NCBI RefSeq assembly: GCF_017348835.2
Contig: NZ_CP071375.1
Direction: 5' to 3' (one strand)
Source of the DNA: Escherichia coli
GTDB taxonomy: Bacteria > Pseudomonadota > Gammaproteobacteria > Enterobacterales > Enterobacteriaceae
DNA: 64,000 bases
Shown here: positions 40,254 to 52,931 of the stretch, piece after piece
How positions within the stretch are numbered: the stretch's first letter is position 1
Layout of the letters: every line of letters starts with the position of its first letter
Notes under the pieces: model-generated
Database searches by the model: none
The model's input: only the letters and a program-made list of their open reading frames with translations
What the model was told of the DNA's origin: nothing
Program-made: the position numbers and the translations under genes

Positions 40254-41012
40254 TCACGCCACCCCAATCTCCATCCCATCAAACCCGGCTTCAAACCCCG
40301 ACGGCAGTGCGTTTTCCATCAGCCACGCATCAAACTGGTGGCTGATATGGGTCAGAACCACGCGCGGCGAGCGGATAACCTGATTCAGCGCAAGCACGGT
40401 ATTTAAATCACAGTGATTACGCGGTGCATCCTCGCGCGGCGGGTGGCTGCAATCAATCACCATTACCTGCGGCTGATTATTGCGTAAAAATTTCAGCGTT
40501 TTTTCCGGCAAGCCAGCGGTGTCAGACAGCCACGCCACCCGGCTGTGCGCCGTTTCCAGCAGATAACCGAAGGTCAGTTTTGAGTGGTTGAGCGGCAGGG
40601 GCGTGACCTGCAACCCCTGCAAATCAAACACCACAAACGGTTCTACCGTGTGGCTGAAATCAAGCAGGCCCGGATGTTTAAACAGATCGTCGCAGCCCTG
40701 TTCATCCGGCGGGCCGTAAACCGGGATCGTATCGCCCACGCCCCAGCGCAGCGGAAACAGCCCCTGGACGTGATCCATATGGTAGTGCGTCAGCAAAAAC
40801 TGCTGGAACGATCCGGGCGACCAGCGATCGGCGAGATCGTGCAGCCCGGCGTCGATCAGGGTGATCGCCTCGTTAAACTTCACTACGCCGCTGCACGGCT
40901 GGCGGCGATAGTGCGGCGAGCGCCGCGCTCTGGCGCAGGCCGCGCACTCGCAGCCCCATGCCGGAACGCCCTGTGCGCCGCCGGTGCCGGTGAGCGTGAG
41001 GGTCAGGCTCAT
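40254..41012 (-). CDS. phnP: Phosphoribosyl 1,2-cyclic phosphate phosphodiesterase (metallo-beta-lactamase fold)
   Basis: 252 aa from [18 protein letters not shown] motif. Confidence 0.93.
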   Translation of the reverse strand: MSLTLTLTGTGGAQGVPAWGCECAACARARRSPHYRRQPCSGVVKFNEAITLIDAGLHDLADRWSPGSFQQFLLTHYHMDHVQGLFPLRWGVGDTIPVYGPPDEQGCDDLFKHPGLLDFSHTVEPFVVFDLQGLQVTPLPLNHSKLTFGYLLETAHSRVAWLSDTAGLPEKTLKFLRNNQPQVMVIDCSHPPREDAPRNHCDLNTVLALNQVIRSPRVVLTHISHQFDAWLMENALPSGFEAGFDGMEIGVA

Positions 41013-41013
41013 G

Positions 41014-41448
41014 TTACAGCGCCTTCGTGAAGCGGAAGTGGCTCTGCTCGTAGCCTTCACGCAGGTAAAAACGGTGCGCGTCGTGGCGCTTCACGTTGGT
41101 CGAAAGCTCGGTCATTTCGGCCCCGGCCTGGCGGGCTTCTTCTTCTGCCCACGCTAGCAATTTACTGCCGACGTTCAGGCCGCGCGCCTGCGGCATCACC
41201 ACCAGCTCCTGAATTTCGCCGATCCAGTTGACATGATGCAGATGAAACTGCAAATGCAGGCCGATCATACCGACAACTTCGCCATCCAGCAGCGCCAGAT
41301 GGTAGCGCATGTTTGGGTCACGCAGGTTGGCGTTAAAGCCCACGCGAAACGCGTGATGGTCAAACTCCGCCTGTTTTAGCTCACAAATCAGCGCGTAAAC
41401 CGCGTCGGTGTCGTACTGTGTGGCCGGGCGAAGCTCACAAGCAGGCAT
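41014..41448 (-). CDS. phnO: Aminoalkylphosphonate N-acetyltransferase (GNAT)
   Basis: 144-aa [24 protein letters not shown]... Confidence 0.93.
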
Positions 41449-41992
41449 GGTGTTTCTCCTTCTGATGGATCAGCGTCAGCAGCGTGTCGACCGACTGGCG
41501 CAGGCTGCCGTCATTATTGAGCGTATGGCAATCCTGAGGAGTATAGCGGGCGGCGCGCGCCAGCCGGGCGTTAATTTCACTGGCGTTTTCACGACCACGG
41601 TTTTCCAGGCGCTGGCGCAGGATCTCTGGCGACACCTGTAAGCAGATGGGCAGCAGCGCCGATGCATAGCGTGCCCGCGCCTGTGGCAGATGGGCGCGTG
41701 AGCCGTTGACCAGCACGTCGAATCCGGCGTGCAGCCAGAGGTCTATCTCGACGCCGACGCCATAATACAGGCCGTTGGCGTGCCAGCTTAAGGCCAGTAG
41801 GTTCTGCCCCGCGCGGGTAAAAAACTCCTGCTCGCTCAGGGCGATATGGTTTTCGATTCCGGCGCTGGCGTCGCGCGTGATGTAGCGATGTGCCACCAGT
41901 AGCTGAGTTTGTTCCCGCAGGCGGAGTTCCGCCAGCAGGCTATCTTTCCCGGAGCCGGACGGCCCCATTAACCAAATCAGTTTTCCCATCAT
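41435..41992 (-). CDS. phnN: Ribose 1,5-bisphosphate phosphokinase
   Basis: 185-aa ORF with P-loop GPSGSGKDS. Confidence 0.93.
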
Positions 41993-43128
41993 CAGAACAC
42001 CCTTTTACCCTGACGCCAGACGTGGTCGATATGAATGTGATTGCCCTTGCGATGCGCCAGCACCAGGTCCGCGCGTTTGCCCTCGCCAATCACCCCGCGA
42101 TCCTGGAGATTAAGCGCCTGCGCTGGATTTTTAGTCACCAGCTTCACCGCCTGCGGCAGCGTAAAGCGGTTGCTCTCGTCATCGGCGACGCGGAACGCCG
42201 CATCCAGCAGGCTGGCGGGGTAGTAGTCGGAAGAGAGGATATCCAGCAGGCCAAGCTGCGCCAGTTCACTGGCCGCCACGTTGCCGGAGTGCGAGCCGCC
42301 GCGCACGATATTTGGTGCACCCATCAGCACGTTCATGCCATGCTTGCGCGAGGCTTCCGCCGCTTCGAACGTAGTGGGAAATTCGGCGATCACACTGCCA
42401 AGCTGGTGGGATTCGGCAACGTGGGCGTGGGTGGCGTCATCGTGGCTGGCGAGCGCAATGTGTCGCGCGCGGCACATTGCGGCGATGGATTCGCGATTTG
42501 GCTGCGACCAGCGTGCAGCAAGCGCCAGCTGTTCCTCTTCATACTGCTGCATCTGCGCATCAGTAAGCGAGTATTTACCCTGATAATACTCGCGATACTT
42601 CTCGCGATTGGCGAACTGGCGCTGGCCCGGCGAGTGGTCCATTAGCGACACCAGCGTCACCGGCTCGCGCAGCACCAGTTTTTCAAACAGCGGCAGCGTG
42701 GTGTGATGCGGCAGTTCGCAGCGCAGATGCAGACGGTGCTCGGCGCGGTTGACGCCGCGTTTCTGCGTCTCTTCGATGGCGTTGATCATCTTCTCCAGAT
42801 TCTCCAGCCGATCGCCGCCGTCGCGCACGTCGCCAATTGCCACGGCGTCCAGTACGGTGGTGATGCCGCTCGCCACCATCAGCGCGTCGTGGCTGCTCAT
42901 CGCCGAGTGGGCAGGCCAGTCAACTTTCGGGCGCGGGGTGAAGAATTTATCCAGATTATCGGTATGCAGCTCAATCAGCCCCGGCAGCAGCCAGCCGCCT
43001 TCGCCGTCCATCGCCTCCGGCAGGCGGCTCTGGCTTTCGGCAAAGGCGCGGATTTCGCCATCCTGCATCTTCAGCGAACCGTGTACGACTTCGTTTTCCA
43101 GCACCAGTTTAACGTTATTGATAATCAT
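41992..43128 (-). CDS. phnM: Amidohydrolase-family triphosphate diphosphohydrolase
   Basis: 378-aa ORF; HTD metal-binding motif near N-terminus. Confidence 0.93.
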   Translation of the reverse strand: MIINNVKLVLENEVVHGSLKMQDGEIRAFAESQSRLPEAMDGEGGWLLPGLIELHTDNLDKFFTPRPKVDWPAHSAMSSHDALMVASGITTVLDAVAIGDVRDGGDRLENLEKMINAIEETQKRGVNRAEHRLHLRCELPHHTTLPLFEKLVLREPVTLVSLMDHSPGQRQFANREKYREYYQGKYSLTDAQMQQYEEEQLALAARWSQPNRESIAAMCRARHIALASHDDATHAHVAESHQLGSVIAEFPTTFEAAEASRKHGMNVLMGAPNIVRGGSHSGNVAASELAQLGLLDILSSDYYPASLLDAAFRVADDESNRFTLPQAVKLVTKNPAQALNLQDRGVIGEGKRADLVLAHRKGNHIHIDHVWRQGKRVF

Positions 43129-43805
43129 GCAGAGGCTCCCATTGGGTGCAGGCGGTCGGCGACATCATTGCGTACGGCTTCGTCATGGAAGATGCCGACG
43201 ATGGCTGCGCCACGGGCTTTGGCTTCGCGGATCAGTTCCACTACGGCGGCGCTGTTTTTAGCGTCCAGCGAGGCGGTAGGTTCGTCGAGCAGCAGAATGG
43301 GATAATCGACGATAAAGCCGCGGGCGATGTTGACGCGCTGCTGTTCGCCGCCGGAGAAGGTCGATGGTGCCAGGTGCCACAGGCGTTCCGGCACGTTCAG
43401 GCGGGTGAGCAGACGCGCGGCTTTAGCGGCGCAGACTTCACGCGGAACGCCGGTATCGAGCAGCGGTTGCATCACCACTTCCAGTGCTGAGATACGCGGG
43501 ATGACGCGCAGAAACTGGCTCACCCAGCCGACGGTGGTTTTGCGGATTTCCACCACTTTGCGCGCTGGCGCAGTGACCAGGTCAACCCATTCGTCGCCGT
43601 GTTTGATCTGGATTTTCCCTTCGTCGGGCAGATAGTTGGCGTACAGCGAGCGCAGCAGGGTTGATTTGCCGCTGCCGGAGTGGCCGTGGAGCACCACGCA
43701 TTCGCCCGCGTTGACGGTGAGCGAGGCACGTTGTAAGACGGGCAGGCGCACGCCGTTTTGCTGGTGCAGGATGAAGGTTTTACTGACGTTTTGTACGTTA
43801 ATCAT
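43125..43805 (-). CDS. phnL: C-P lyase ABC-type ATPase subunit
   Basis: 226 aa from [11 protein letters not shown]; Walker [10 protein letters not shown]; the ORF-track upstream extension covers a REP and is not coding. Confidence 0.92.
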   Translation of the reverse strand: MINVQNVSKTFILHQQNGVRLPVLQRASLTVNAGECVVLHGHSGSGKSTLLRSLYANYLPDEGKIQIKHGDEWVDLVTAPARKVVEIRKTTVGWVSQFLRVIPRISALEVVMQPLLDTGVPREVCAAKAARLLTRLNVPERLWHLAPSTFSGGEQQRVNIARGFIVDYPILLLDEPTASLDAKNSAAVVELIREAKARGAAIVGIFHDEAVRNDVADRLHPMGASA

Positions 43806-43825
43806 TTTTCGCCTCGTGGTTCGGG

Positions 43826-43912
<87 letters not shown>

Positions 43913-43915
43913 GGC

Positions 43916-44674
43916 TCAATTCTGCAAAACCGATGACACCAGCAGCTGGGTGTACGGATGATGCGGGTCGTCGAGCACGCGGTCGGTTAACCCACTCTCC
44001 ACCACCTGCCCCTGCTTCATCACCAGCAAACGGTCCGCCAGCAGGCGGGCGACGCCTAAATCATGGGTGACAATCACCACCGCCAGGTTCAGCTCCACCA
44101 CCAGGCCGCGCAGCAGGTCGAGCAGGAGCGCCTGTACCGACACATCCAGCCCGCCGGTTGGCTCGTCCATAAACACCAGCTTCGGATGCGTCACCAGGTT
44201 GCGGGCAATCTGCAAACGTTGCTGCATGCCGCCGGAAAAGGTGGTCGGCAGGTCGTCGATACGGTTGGCGGGAATTTCCACCTCTTCCAGCCACTTCTGC
44301 GCGGTGGCGCGAATATCGCCGTAATGACGCGCCCCGGTCGCCATCAGCCGCTCGCCGATATTGCCGCCTGCCGAGACCTGGCGGCGCAGGCCGTCGAGCG
44401 GATGCTGATGCACCACGCCCCATTCGGTGCGCAGCAGGCGACGGCGGTCGGCCTCGCTCATGCCATAGAGGGAACGGTTTTCATAGTGAATCTCCCCCTG
44501 CTGCGGCGTCAGACGCGCGGAAATTGATTTCAGCAGCGTGGTCTTCCCGGAGCCGGATTCCCCGACAATGCCCAGCACTTCCCCCGGCCATAAATCAAAA
44601 GAGACATCGCTAAAGCCTTTGCCCGGCGCGTAAAGGTGGGTCAGGTTATTGACCGAAAGTAACGGTTGATTCAT
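43916..44674 (-). CDS. phnK: C-P lyase ABC-type ATPase subunit
   Basis: 252 aa from [15 protein letters not shown]; Walker [10 protein letters not shown]. Confidence 0.93.
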   Translation of the reverse strand: MNQPLLSVNNLTHLYAPGKGFSDVSFDLWPGEVLGIVGESGSGKTTLLKSISARLTPQQGEIHYENRSLYGMSEADRRRLLRTEWGVVHQHPLDGLRRQVSAGGNIGERLMATGARHYGDIRATAQKWLEEVEIPANRIDDLPTTFSGGMQQRLQIARNLVTHPKLVFMDEPTGGLDVSVQALLLDLLRGLVVELNLAVVIVTHDLGVARLLADRLLVMKQGQVVESGLTDRVLDDPHHPYTQLLVSSVLQN

Positions 44675-45516
44675 TGGCTTTTCGCCTCGCTCTGTTGGCG
44701 GCAATAATCGGTATCGGAGCAGACAAACATGCGGTTTCCGGCGTCATCCAGCACCACTTCATCAAGATAGCTGTGGGTCGATCCGCAGATGGCGCACGGC
44801 TCATCCCACTGCTGAACGGTGAACGGGTGATCCTCGAAATCGAGGCTTTCCACGCGGGTAAACGGCGGCACCGCATAGATGCGCTTCTCACGCCCCGCGC
44901 CGAACAGTTGCAGGGCGGGCATCATGTCCATTTTCGGGTTATCGAATTTCGGGATCGGCGACGGGTCCATTACGTAGCGCCCGTTCACCTTCACCGGATA
45001 GGCGTAGGTGGTGGCGATATGACCGAAGCGGGCGATATCTTCATACAGCTTCACCTGCATCACGCCGTACTCCTCCAGCGCGTGCATGGTGCGGGTTTCC
45101 GTTTCGCGCGGCTCGATAAAGCGCAGCGGTTCGGGGATCGGCACCTGGAAGATAATTATCTGATCTTCGGTCAGCGGCGTTTCGGGGATGCGGTGACGCG
45201 TCTGGATAACCGTCGCATCGTCCGTACATTCCGTGGTGTTCACCCCGGTCACGCGCTTAAAGAAGTTGCGAATCGATACGGCGTTGGTGGTGTCATCCGC
45301 GCCCTGGTCAATCACCTTCAACACGTCGCTTTCGCCAATCACGCTGGCGGTAAGCTGTATGCCGCCGGTTCCCCAGCCGTACGGCATTGGCATCTCGCGC
45401 CCGCCAAACGGTACCTGATAACCGGGGATCGCCACCGCTTTTAAGATGGCGCGGCGGATCATGCGTTTGGTCTGCTCGTCGAGGTAGGCAAAGTTGTAGC
45501 CGCTCAGATTAGCCAT
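44671..45516 (-). CDS. phnJ: Alpha-D-ribose 1-methylphosphonate 5-phosphate C-P lyase (radical SAM-like)
   Basis: 281 aa from MANLSGYNFAYLDEQTKR; C-terminal CAICGS...CSDTDYC cysteine motif. Confidence 0.93.
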   Translation of the reverse strand: MANLSGYNFAYLDEQTKRMIRRAILKAVAIPGYQVPFGGREMPMPYGWGTGGIQLTASVIGESDVLKVIDQGADDTTNAVSIRNFFKRVTGVNTTECTDDATVIQTRHRIPETPLTEDQIIIFQVPIPEPLRFIEPRETETRTMHALEEYGVMQVKLYEDIARFGHIATTYAYPVKVNGRYVMDPSPIPKFDNPKMDMMPALQLFGAGREKRIYAVPPFTRVESLDFEDHPFTVQQWDEPCAICGSTHSYLDEVVLDDAGNRMFVCSDTDYCRQQSEAKSQ

Positions 45517-46567
45517 GGTTCTGCTCCTGTTGCGGACGTTTGAGTAGCTCCAGTTCGGCCTGGAAATCGACGTAGTGCGGGAGTTTGAGGTGCGAGACAA
45601 AGCCTGCGGCTTCGACGTTGTCGGCATGCGCCAGCACGAACTCTTCATCCTGCGCCGGGCCTGTCGCGTGCTCGCCGTACTCCGGAGCCTGCAACGCACG
45701 ATCGACCAGCGCCATCGCTTTGCGCTCGCTCATGCCGAACACCAGCCCGTAGCCGCGCGTGAAATGCGGCGGTTCATCTGGAGGGTCGATAAAACCGTTG
45801 ACCATTTCACACTCGGTCATCAGCAGTTCGCCGACGTTCACCGCAAATCCCAGCTCTTCCGGCACAATCGACACGTCGATGTAACCACTGCGGATCTCGC
45901 CCGCGAACGGGTGATTGCGTCCGTAACCACGCTGGGTGGAGTAGGCCAGCGCCAGCAAATAGCCTTCGTCGCCGCGCATGAGCTGTTGCAGGCGGGAAGA
46001 ACGTGAGCAGGGGTAAACCGGCGGCGTGCGGGTGATGTCATCCGGCTGTGCGCCGCTATCCTCTTCAAACTTCGCCAGCCCCTGACGCGCCAGCAGGCTG
46101 AAAACGTGCGGCGACGGCTGTTGTTCGCTGTCGGCGGTGGTCAGCGTCGGCGCTTCGCCGTTTGCCAGCAGGGTGAAATCGAGCAGGCGATGGGTGTAGT
46201 CGTAGGTTGGGCCAAGCAGTTGGCCGCCGGGAATGTCTTTATAAACGGCGGAGATACGCCGTTCGAGACGCATCCCGGTGGTGTCGAGCGGCTCGCTTAC
46301 CGCGAGTTTCGCCAGCGTGGTGCGGTAGGCGCGCAGCAGGAAAATTGCTTCGACGTTATCGCCGCTGGCCTGTTTCAGCGCCAGCGCCGCCAGTTCGCGG
46401 TCGGCAATGCCGCCTTCGGTCATCACGCGATCTACCGCAAGATTAAGCTGCTGTTCAATCTGGGCGACGCTCAGTTCAGGCAAATCGGTATCGCCCCGGC
46501 GTCGGCTCTCTTGCAGGGCGTGGGCGGCATCGATCGCCTTTTCGCCCCCTTTCACGGCAACGTACAT
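45509..46567 (-). CDS. phnI: C-P lyase core complex subunit PhnI
   Basis: 354 aa from [18 protein letters not shown]; start overlaps phnH stop. Confidence 0.93.
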   Translation of the reverse strand: MYVAVKGGEKAIDAAHALQESRRRGDTDLPELSVAQIEQQLNLAVDRVMTEGGIADRELAALALKQASGDNVEAIFLLRAYRTTLAKLAVSEPLDTTGMRLERRISAVYKDIPGGQLLGPTYDYTHRLLDFTLLANGEAPTLTTADSEQQPSPHVFSLLARQGLAKFEEDSGAQPDDITRTPPVYPCSRSSRLQQLMRGDEGYLLALAYSTQRGYGRNHPFAGEIRSGYIDVSIVPEELGFAVNVGELLMTECEMVNGFIDPPDEPPHFTRGYGLVFGMSERKAMALVDRALQAPEYGEHATGPAQDEEFVLAHADNVEAAGFVSHLKLPHYVDFQAELELLKRPQQEQNHG

Positions 46568-47151
46568 CAGCACACCTCCACATGAGTGGTTCGGGGGATA
46601 GCCAGCAGTCGCTCGCCGCAGGTCAGGATCAGGTCGATGCCGAGCGGGAACGGGTGCGGGCGCTCGGTGAGTTCGTGCAAAATGCACTCCGGCAGCTGCG
46701 GGGCGATCATTCGTTCTTCGGCAATGCCCGCGCCGGTGAGACGCAACATGCGCCCGCCGCTCAGGCTGGCGACCTGTAAAATCAGCGTTGCGCCCGCTTC
46801 CGGCGCAACGGCGGTGCCGGTGGAAAGGGCGTTAAGCTGTTCGCTGGAAATCGCCTCATCCGTTACCGCGAAGGTCGCCTGTTCCGGCTGGCTGACCAGC
46901 GGCGCGTTGGTATGAAAACGCAGGCTCTGGCTGACGATATCGTTACTTAATGGCGCGGAAAGCCACACCGGCGTGTCGTTATCGGCCAGCGTCAGCAGCA
47001 CGCTGGTGGTGGCGATATTCAGCGGCTGCCAGCCGCGTTTGAGCTGATGCAGGGCGACAATCACGCCCGGCTCGCTCATGGCCTTTAACAGGCGACGAAA
47101 ACTGTGCTGGGCATCCTGCACAGGAAGCATAAAAGCGGTTTCCAGGGTCAT
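46567..47151 (-). CDS. phnH: C-P lyase core complex subunit PhnH
   Basis: 194-aa [32 protein letters not shown]... Confidence 0.93.
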   Translation of the reverse strand: MTLETAFMLPVQDAQHSFRRLLKAMSEPGVIVALHQLKRGWQPLNIATTSVLLTLADNDTPVWLSAPLSNDIVSQSLRFHTNAPLVSQPEQATFAVTDEAISSEQLNALSTGTAVAPEAGATLILQVASLSGGRMLRLTGAGIAEERMIAPQLPECILHELTERPHPFPLGIDLILTCGERLLAIPRTTHVEVC

Positions 47152-47600
47152 GCGTTGTCTCCGCGAACCATCGTAAAGAAGTCGACCCGGCTGGCGTTCA
47201 CTTCGGCCTGGCGTGCGGCAATGCGTGCCATACGGTCAGCGTCCAGCGGGGCAATAAGGGTTTCTGATAAGTTTTGAAAGTGGCGAGATTGCTGCATCAG
47301 CGCGTCGATCAGCGCGCAGCGTTCGGCGTGCTGTTTGTCGCGCCCCAGCACCCAGCTGTAGCCGAGCGTGCCGTCAGTCAGGCGTACTGCGGCGCGGGTA
47401 AGCGTGGCGTCGCCGGCAAAAAAGCGTTCGCCGGTGCCGCCCATCCGCGCCTGAATCTGTACCAGGCCAGTTTCAGCGGCGCGGATCACCTCATAGTCGG
47501 CGGTGATGTTCAGCGCGTTCAGGCAGGCTGCCAGTTCTGCCGGTTGGCTGTGTGCCAGTACGGACATCCAGTGCTGGCGGGTCGCGGTATCTGCGTGCAT
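47148..47600 (-). CDS. phnG: C-P lyase core complex subunit PhnG
   Basis: 150-aa [28 protein letters not shown]... Confidence 0.93.
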   Translation of the reverse strand: MHADTATRQHWMSVLAHSQPAELAACLNALNITADYEVIRAAETGLVQIQARMGGTGERFFAGDATLTRAAVRLTDGTLGYSWVLGRDKQHAERCALIDALMQQSRHFQNLSETLIAPLDADRMARIAARQAEVNASRVDFFTMVRGDNA

Positions 47601-48326
47601 TCAGTGCTCCATAGTAAATTCAATCATGTCGGCGCGCGTCAGGCTGACGGAGTACTCCGCCGGGCTGCTTTCACCGTCACGGTGGTTAAGGGTGCGCACG
47701 CACAGCAGCGGCGACATATTCGGGATTTCAAGACGCTGGCACTCTTTGGCCTGGGCGCGGCGGGCGCTGATCCGCGTCTGGCTGCGGCGCAGTGCAATCC
47801 CCGTTTGCTCGCGCAGAAAATCGTGCAGCGAGCCGCTGTCGAAGCGTTGCAGCGTCGGCCAGAGGGTGAGGTCCGCGAAGTAGTGGTCGATTAAACAGAG
47901 CGCGACGCCGTTGACCCGGCGCAGGGTGCGCAGGTGGATAACGTTCTCGCCCTCGGCGATACCCAGCGCGTCTGCCACGTGACCGGAGGCCGGGCGCAGC
48001 ACAGACAGCAGTTTTTCGCTGGTGGGATGGCTCCCCTGATCCAGCAGGTTCTGGCTAAAACGCGCCTGGGCGTTGAGCGGGTAATCGAACGGGCGCATCA
48101 GCACCAGCACGCCGACGCCCTGACGGCGCTGTACCCAGCCTTTTTCCACCAGTTGGTCGATGGCGCGGCGCAGGGTGTGGCGGTTCACCTCAAAGCGCGC
48201 TGCCAGTTGCTGCTCGGCGGGAAGATAGTCGCCGCAGCGGTAGTGTTGACGAAGCTCCTGCTCAAGTTTTGCGGCTATCTCCTGATAGCGTGTTGGGTAG
48301 CTGGTCGGATGTGTAGACAAGTGCAT
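47601..48326 (-). CDS. phnF: GntR-family transcriptional regulator of the phn operon
   Basis: 241 aa from MHLSTHPTSYPTRYQEIAAKLEQEL; N-terminal winged HTH. Confidence 0.92.
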   Translation of the reverse strand: MHLSTHPTSYPTRYQEIAAKLEQELRQHYRCGDYLPAEQQLAARFEVNRHTLRRAIDQLVEKGWVQRRQGVGVLVLMRPFDYPLNAQARFSQNLLDQGSHPTSEKLLSVLRPASGHVADALGIAEGENVIHLRTLRRVNGVALCLIDHYFADLTLWPTLQRFDSGSLHDFLREQTGIALRRSQTRISARRAQAKECQRLEIPNMSPLLCVRTLNHRDGESSPAEYSVSLTRADMIEFTMEH

Positions 48327-48346
48327 AGATATCAATGCCTCGCTTA

Positions 48347-49126
48347 TCAGATAAAGTGCTTACGCAACCGTTGAGAGAGGAAATCCAGCAGGCTGACCGT
48401 GACGATAATCAGCACCATCAGGGCGCAGGTTTGCTGGAACTGGAAACCGCGAATCGCTTCCCACAGGGTGACGCCGATCCCGCCCGCGCCGACCATGCCG
48501 ACGACGGTCGCCGAGCGGACGTTGGATTCGAAGCGATAGAGGGAGTAGGAGATCAGCAGCGGCATCACCTGTGGCAGCACGCCGTAGAGGATCTCTTCCA
48601 GCTTGTTAGCGCCGGTGGCGCGAATGCCTTCCACCGGGCCGGGTTCGATCGCTTCCACCGCTTCAGAAAGCAGTTTGGAGAGCACGCCGGTGGTGTGGAT
48701 AAACAGCGCCAGCACGCCAGCGAACGGGCCGAGGCCGACGGCGACCACGAACAGCATGGCGAAGACCATTTCGTTAATGGCGCGGCAGGCGTCCATCAGG
48801 CGGCGAACGGGCTGGTAAACCCACCACGGCACCAGGTTTTCGGCGCTCATCAGGCCGAAGGGGATGGAGAGAACCACCGCCAGCGCGGTGCCCCAGACGG
48901 CGATTTGCAGCGTGACGAGCATTTCGGTGAGGTAATCCTGCCACTGGCTGAAATCAGGCGGGAAGAAGTCGGCGGCGAAAGTCGCCATGTTGCCGCCGTC
49001 TTTAATCAGCGTGAGCGGGGCCATTTCCGCGCCCTGCCACGAGACGACCAACACGGCGAGAACAATGGCCCAGCTCAGAAGCGAGAACCAGCTGCGCTTG
49101 GGTGGGGCGATGGTGATGGTTTGCAT
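48347..49126 (-). CDS. phnE: Phosphonate ABC transporter permease, apparently intact
   Basis: Uninterrupted 259 aa from [22 protein letters not shown]...; six hydrophobic segments. Confidence 0.9.
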   Translation of the reverse strand: MQTITIAPPKRSWFSLLSWAIVLAVLVVSWQGAEMAPLTLIKDGGNMATFAADFFPPDFSQWQDYLTEMLVTLQIAVWGTALAVVLSIPFGLMSAENLVPWWVYQPVRRLMDACRAINEMVFAMLFVVAVGLGPFAGVLALFIHTTGVLSKLLSEAVEAIEPGPVEGIRATGANKLEEILYGVLPQVMPLLISYSLYRFESNVRSATVVGMVGAGGIGVTLWEAIRGFQFQQTCALMVLIIVTVSLLDFLSQRLRKHFI

Positions 49127-49140
49127 GTTTGGCTCCGGTC

Positions 49141-49231
49141 TGTAGGCCGGATAAGGTGCTTGCACCGCATCCGGCATCAACGCCTGCACATTGTCGGATG
49201 CGACGCCGGGGCGTCTTATCCGACCTACGAT
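49141..49231. repeat. REP pair in the phnD-phnE spacer
   Basis: gtaggccggataaggtgcttgcaccgcatccggca and cggatgcgacgccggggcgtcttatccgacctac. Confidence 0.85.
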
Positions 49232-50248
49232 TTACTGCACCGCTTTACTCACCGAACTCATCGCGCTTAAAGCGTTGTTCAGGCGGTCCAGGTCATCCAG
49301 CTGCGCCTGAATCTCGGTGGTTTTTGCCAGCTTGTCCTGCTCATTCAGTCCTTTATTGCTTTTCACGCCCTGCATCTCTTTAAACAGCGCGAGCTGGCGA
49401 ATCGGCACCAGTTGCAGGTCGCTGGAAGCGCGGAACGGCGCCCAGCCCAGGCGTTCCAGCACCGCTTTTTCTTCCGGCGTTTTGCCGTAGTTCATAAAGA
49501 AGTCGTAGATCTTGTCTTTGGTGGTTTCGGAAAGGTTTTTACGCCAGACGATCGGATCGCCTGGGATCAGCGGCGACTTCCAGATCACTTTCAGTTCTTT
49601 CAACTTCTCCGGCGCGGAGGTTTTCAGCTTGTCGAGGTTTTCGGTGTTGTTAGTGGCAACATCCACCTGCTTGTTGGCGACGGCCAGCGCGTTGGTTTCA
49701 TGCCCGGCGTTGACGGTGCGCTTGAAGTCGCTGGCGGAGATATTGTTTTTGGCGAAGACGTAGTAGCCGGGGACGAGGAAGCCAGAGGTGGAGTTAGGAT
49801 CGCCATTGCCGAAGGTGAGATCTTTCCGCTTCGCCAGCAGATCGTTCAGGTTGTTGATCGGACTGTCTTTGTTGACGATCAACACGCTCCAGTAACCCGG
49901 CGATCCGTCCGCCGCGACGGTCTGAGCGAAGACCTGACCGTTGGCGCGATCCACTGCTTCCATCGCCGACAGGTTGCCGTACCAGGCGATATCCACTTTA
50001 TTGAAGCGCATCCCCTGGATAATGCCCGCGTAATCCGGGGCAAAGAAGGCGTTGACCTTCACGCCCAGCTTCTTCTCCATATCCTGTAAGAACGGCGTCC
50101 ATTGCGGTTTCAGGTTTTGCTGTGATTCCGTTGAAATAATGCCGAAATTCAGCGCCTTTTCCTGCTCTTCGGCGTGCGCCGGGGTTAACAGGGTGCTGAG
50201 GCTGAACATGCTGGTGAAGGCCAGCGAGGCAATTATCTTAGCGTTCAT
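49232..50248 (-). CDS. phnD: Phosphonate ABC transporter periplasmic binding protein
   Basis: 338-aa ORF with signal peptide MNAKIIASLAFTSMFSLSTLLTPAHA. Confidence 0.95.
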   Translation of the reverse strand: MNAKIIASLAFTSMFSLSTLLTPAHAEEQEKALNFGIISTESQQNLKPQWTPFLQDMEKKLGVKVNAFFAPDYAGIIQGMRFNKVDIAWYGNLSAMEAVDRANGQVFAQTVAADGSPGYWSVLIVNKDSPINNLNDLLAKRKDLTFGNGDPNSTSGFLVPGYYVFAKNNISASDFKRTVNAGHETNALAVANKQVDVATNNTENLDKLKTSAPEKLKELKVIWKSPLIPGDPIVWRKNLSETTKDKIYDFFMNYGKTPEEKAVLERLGWAPFRASSDLQLVPIRQLALFKEMQGVKSNKGLNEQDKLAKTTEIQAQLDDLDRLNNALSAMSSVSKAVQ

Positions 50249-50272
50249 TCGTTTTCCTCAATGATGGGGATG

Positions 50273-51061
50273 TCAGGCAGCTTTCGCGTTCTCTTCGACG
50301 CGGTTAATGCTGCGGTAGAGATGGTCAAAACGTTCGTTATCAAACTGTTGGCTGCTGCCGTCGTAGAAGACGTGCCCCTGACGAAGGGCGACGATGCGTT
50401 CGCAGTAGCGCAGGGCGTAATCCACCTGATGCAGCGTGACGACCACGGTGATGCCGTCGTTCTGATTGATGTCGCGCAGGGTGTCCATCACGATGCGGGC
50501 GGATTCCGGGTCCAGCGAGGCGATCGGTTCGTCCGCCAGAATCACCTTCGCCTGCTGCATCAGCGCGCGGGCAATCGCCACACGCTGCTGCTGTCCGCCG
50601 GAGAGGGTGGAAACGCGCTGATGGGCAAAATGCACCATGCCAACGCGGGTCAGCGCCTGTAACGCGCGCTGTTTCTGCTCGCGGGTGAACCAACTAAAAC
50701 AGGTGCGCCAGAACGGCGTGCTGCCGAGCGCGCCAATCAGCACGTTCTCCAGTACGCTTAGGCGATTCACCAGGTTGAATTGTTGGAAGATGTAGCCGGT
50801 GTTGGCGCGGCTTTTGCGGATATCGCGCGCCAGGCGGCCATTTTGCTGGACGGTGCGGCCCAGCAGCTCGACGCGGCATTCTGGCTTTTTATCGCCGACA
50901 ATCAGGCCGCTTAAGTGACGTAAAAGGGTGGATTTGCCGGAACCGGACGGCCCAAGCAGAGCCACCATTTCACCATGATGGATATTCAGATCAACCGCGT
51001 GCAGCGCCTGATGCTGATTGAAGGTTTTGCTCAGTTGTTCGACGCGGATAATCGTTTGCAT
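50273..51061 (-). CDS. phnC: Phosphonate ABC transporter ATP-binding protein
   Basis: 262-aa ORF; Walker [13 protein letters not shown] signature LSGGQQQR. Confidence 0.95.
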   Translation of the reverse strand: MQTIIRVEQLSKTFNQHQALHAVDLNIHHGEMVALLGPSGSGKSTLLRHLSGLIVGDKKPECRVELLGRTVQQNGRLARDIRKSRANTGYIFQQFNLVNRLSVLENVLIGALGSTPFWRTCFSWFTREQKQRALQALTRVGMVHFAHQRVSTLSGGQQQRVAIARALMQQAKVILADEPIASLDPESARIVMDTLRDINQNDGITVVVTLHQVDYALRYCERIVALRQGHVFYDGSSQQFDNERFDHLYRSINRVEENAKAA

Positions 51062-51100
51062 GATGCAGCCTCCCTAAAAAAGTGGCTCCATCGTGGCGGA

Positions 51101-51138
51101 TTATTGTGACGATTTGGTTAATTAAAAGTGACTAACAG
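51101..51138 (-). promoter_or_regulatory. Pho box (PhoB binding site) of the phnC promoter
   Basis: Minus-strand CTGTTAG-tcac-TTTTAAT-taac-CAAATCG-tcac: 7-bp direct repeats at 11-bp periodicity just upstream of phnC. Confidence 0.7.
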
Positions 51139-51192
51139 ATGAAGAGTTAACGGGAATTCGATGACAGTGCGGGAGGGCGGGCCTCCCGCGGA

Positions 51193-51636
51193 TTATTGCG
51201 TTGGTTGTTGTTTGACGACATTAATCATCCACGGTACGCCAAATTTATCGGTGACTTTGCCGAAGCCATGCGCCCAGAAAGTTTCCTGCCAGGCCATTTC
51301 GATTTTTCCGTTAGCTGCAAGGTTATCAAACCAGCGTTTTCCTTCTTCGACCTGTTGCGAATCGAGCACCAGCGTAAAACCGGAGTAGCTGGCTTTTCCT
51401 GACGGTATAGCATCGCTCATCATGATGTCGCTTCCGGCAATACGCACGTTGGCATGAGCGATGGCAGTATCGGGAAATTGCATTCCGGAAGGGCAGCCTT
51501 CGGCGCTGTCCTGCGCTGATTTTGGCATTTCGCCGAAGCTGATTTTATAGAGCAGTTCCGCGCCCAACGTACGTTGATAATAAGCAATTGCGTCGGCACA
51601 GTTACCGGCAAAAGAGAGGTAGGGACTTAACGGCAT
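51193..51636 (-). CDS. yjdN: Glyoxalase/VOC-like protein (formerly phnB)
   Basis: 147-aa ORF MPLSPYLSFAGNCADAIAYYQRTLGAELL... Confidence 0.88.
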   Translation of the reverse strand: MPLSPYLSFAGNCADAIAYYQRTLGAELLYKISFGEMPKSAQDSAEGCPSGMQFPDTAIAHANVRIAGSDIMMSDAIPSGKASYSGFTLVLDSQQVEEGKRWFDNLAANGKIEMAWQETFWAHGFGKVTDKFGVPWMINVVKQQPTQ

Positions 51637-51699
51637 GATGGTGACCTCAGTTAAGAGAAGCCAGTTAAGTGTAGTTCGAAATTTATACAGATGAGAGGG

Positions 51700-52578
<879 letters not shown>

Positions 52579-52595
52579 TACTGATCACAATACAA

Positions 52596-52931
52596 TCAGT
52601 TCTTTTTCACAAACTCAGATTTCAGTTTCATCGGACCAAAACCGTCGATTTTGCAATCGATGTTATGGTCGCCTTCAACCAGGCGGATGTTTTTCACTTT
52701 GGTGCCAATTTTCAGCATCGAAGAGCTACCTTTCACCTTCAGATCTTTAATGATGGTAACGCTGTCGCCGTCAGCCAGCAGATTGCCGTTAGCATCTTTA
52801 ACGATCAGCTCGTCGCTTTCCTGTGCAGGTTCTGCGTCGTTCCATTCGTAGGCACATTCCGGGCAGATGTACATGCCGTTATCTTCGTAGGTGTATTCGG
52901 AGTTGCATTTTGGGCAGTGTGGTAATGACAT
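52596..52931 (-). CDS. yjdM: Zinc-ribbon protein YjdM (formerly phnA)
   Basis: 111 aa from [30 protein letters not shown]. Confidence 0.9.

Noticed and set aside
48335-49270. 311-aa plus-strand ORF
   Set aside because: Antisense to phnE and the phnD-phnE REP spacer; His/Asp/Gly-rich shadow frame.
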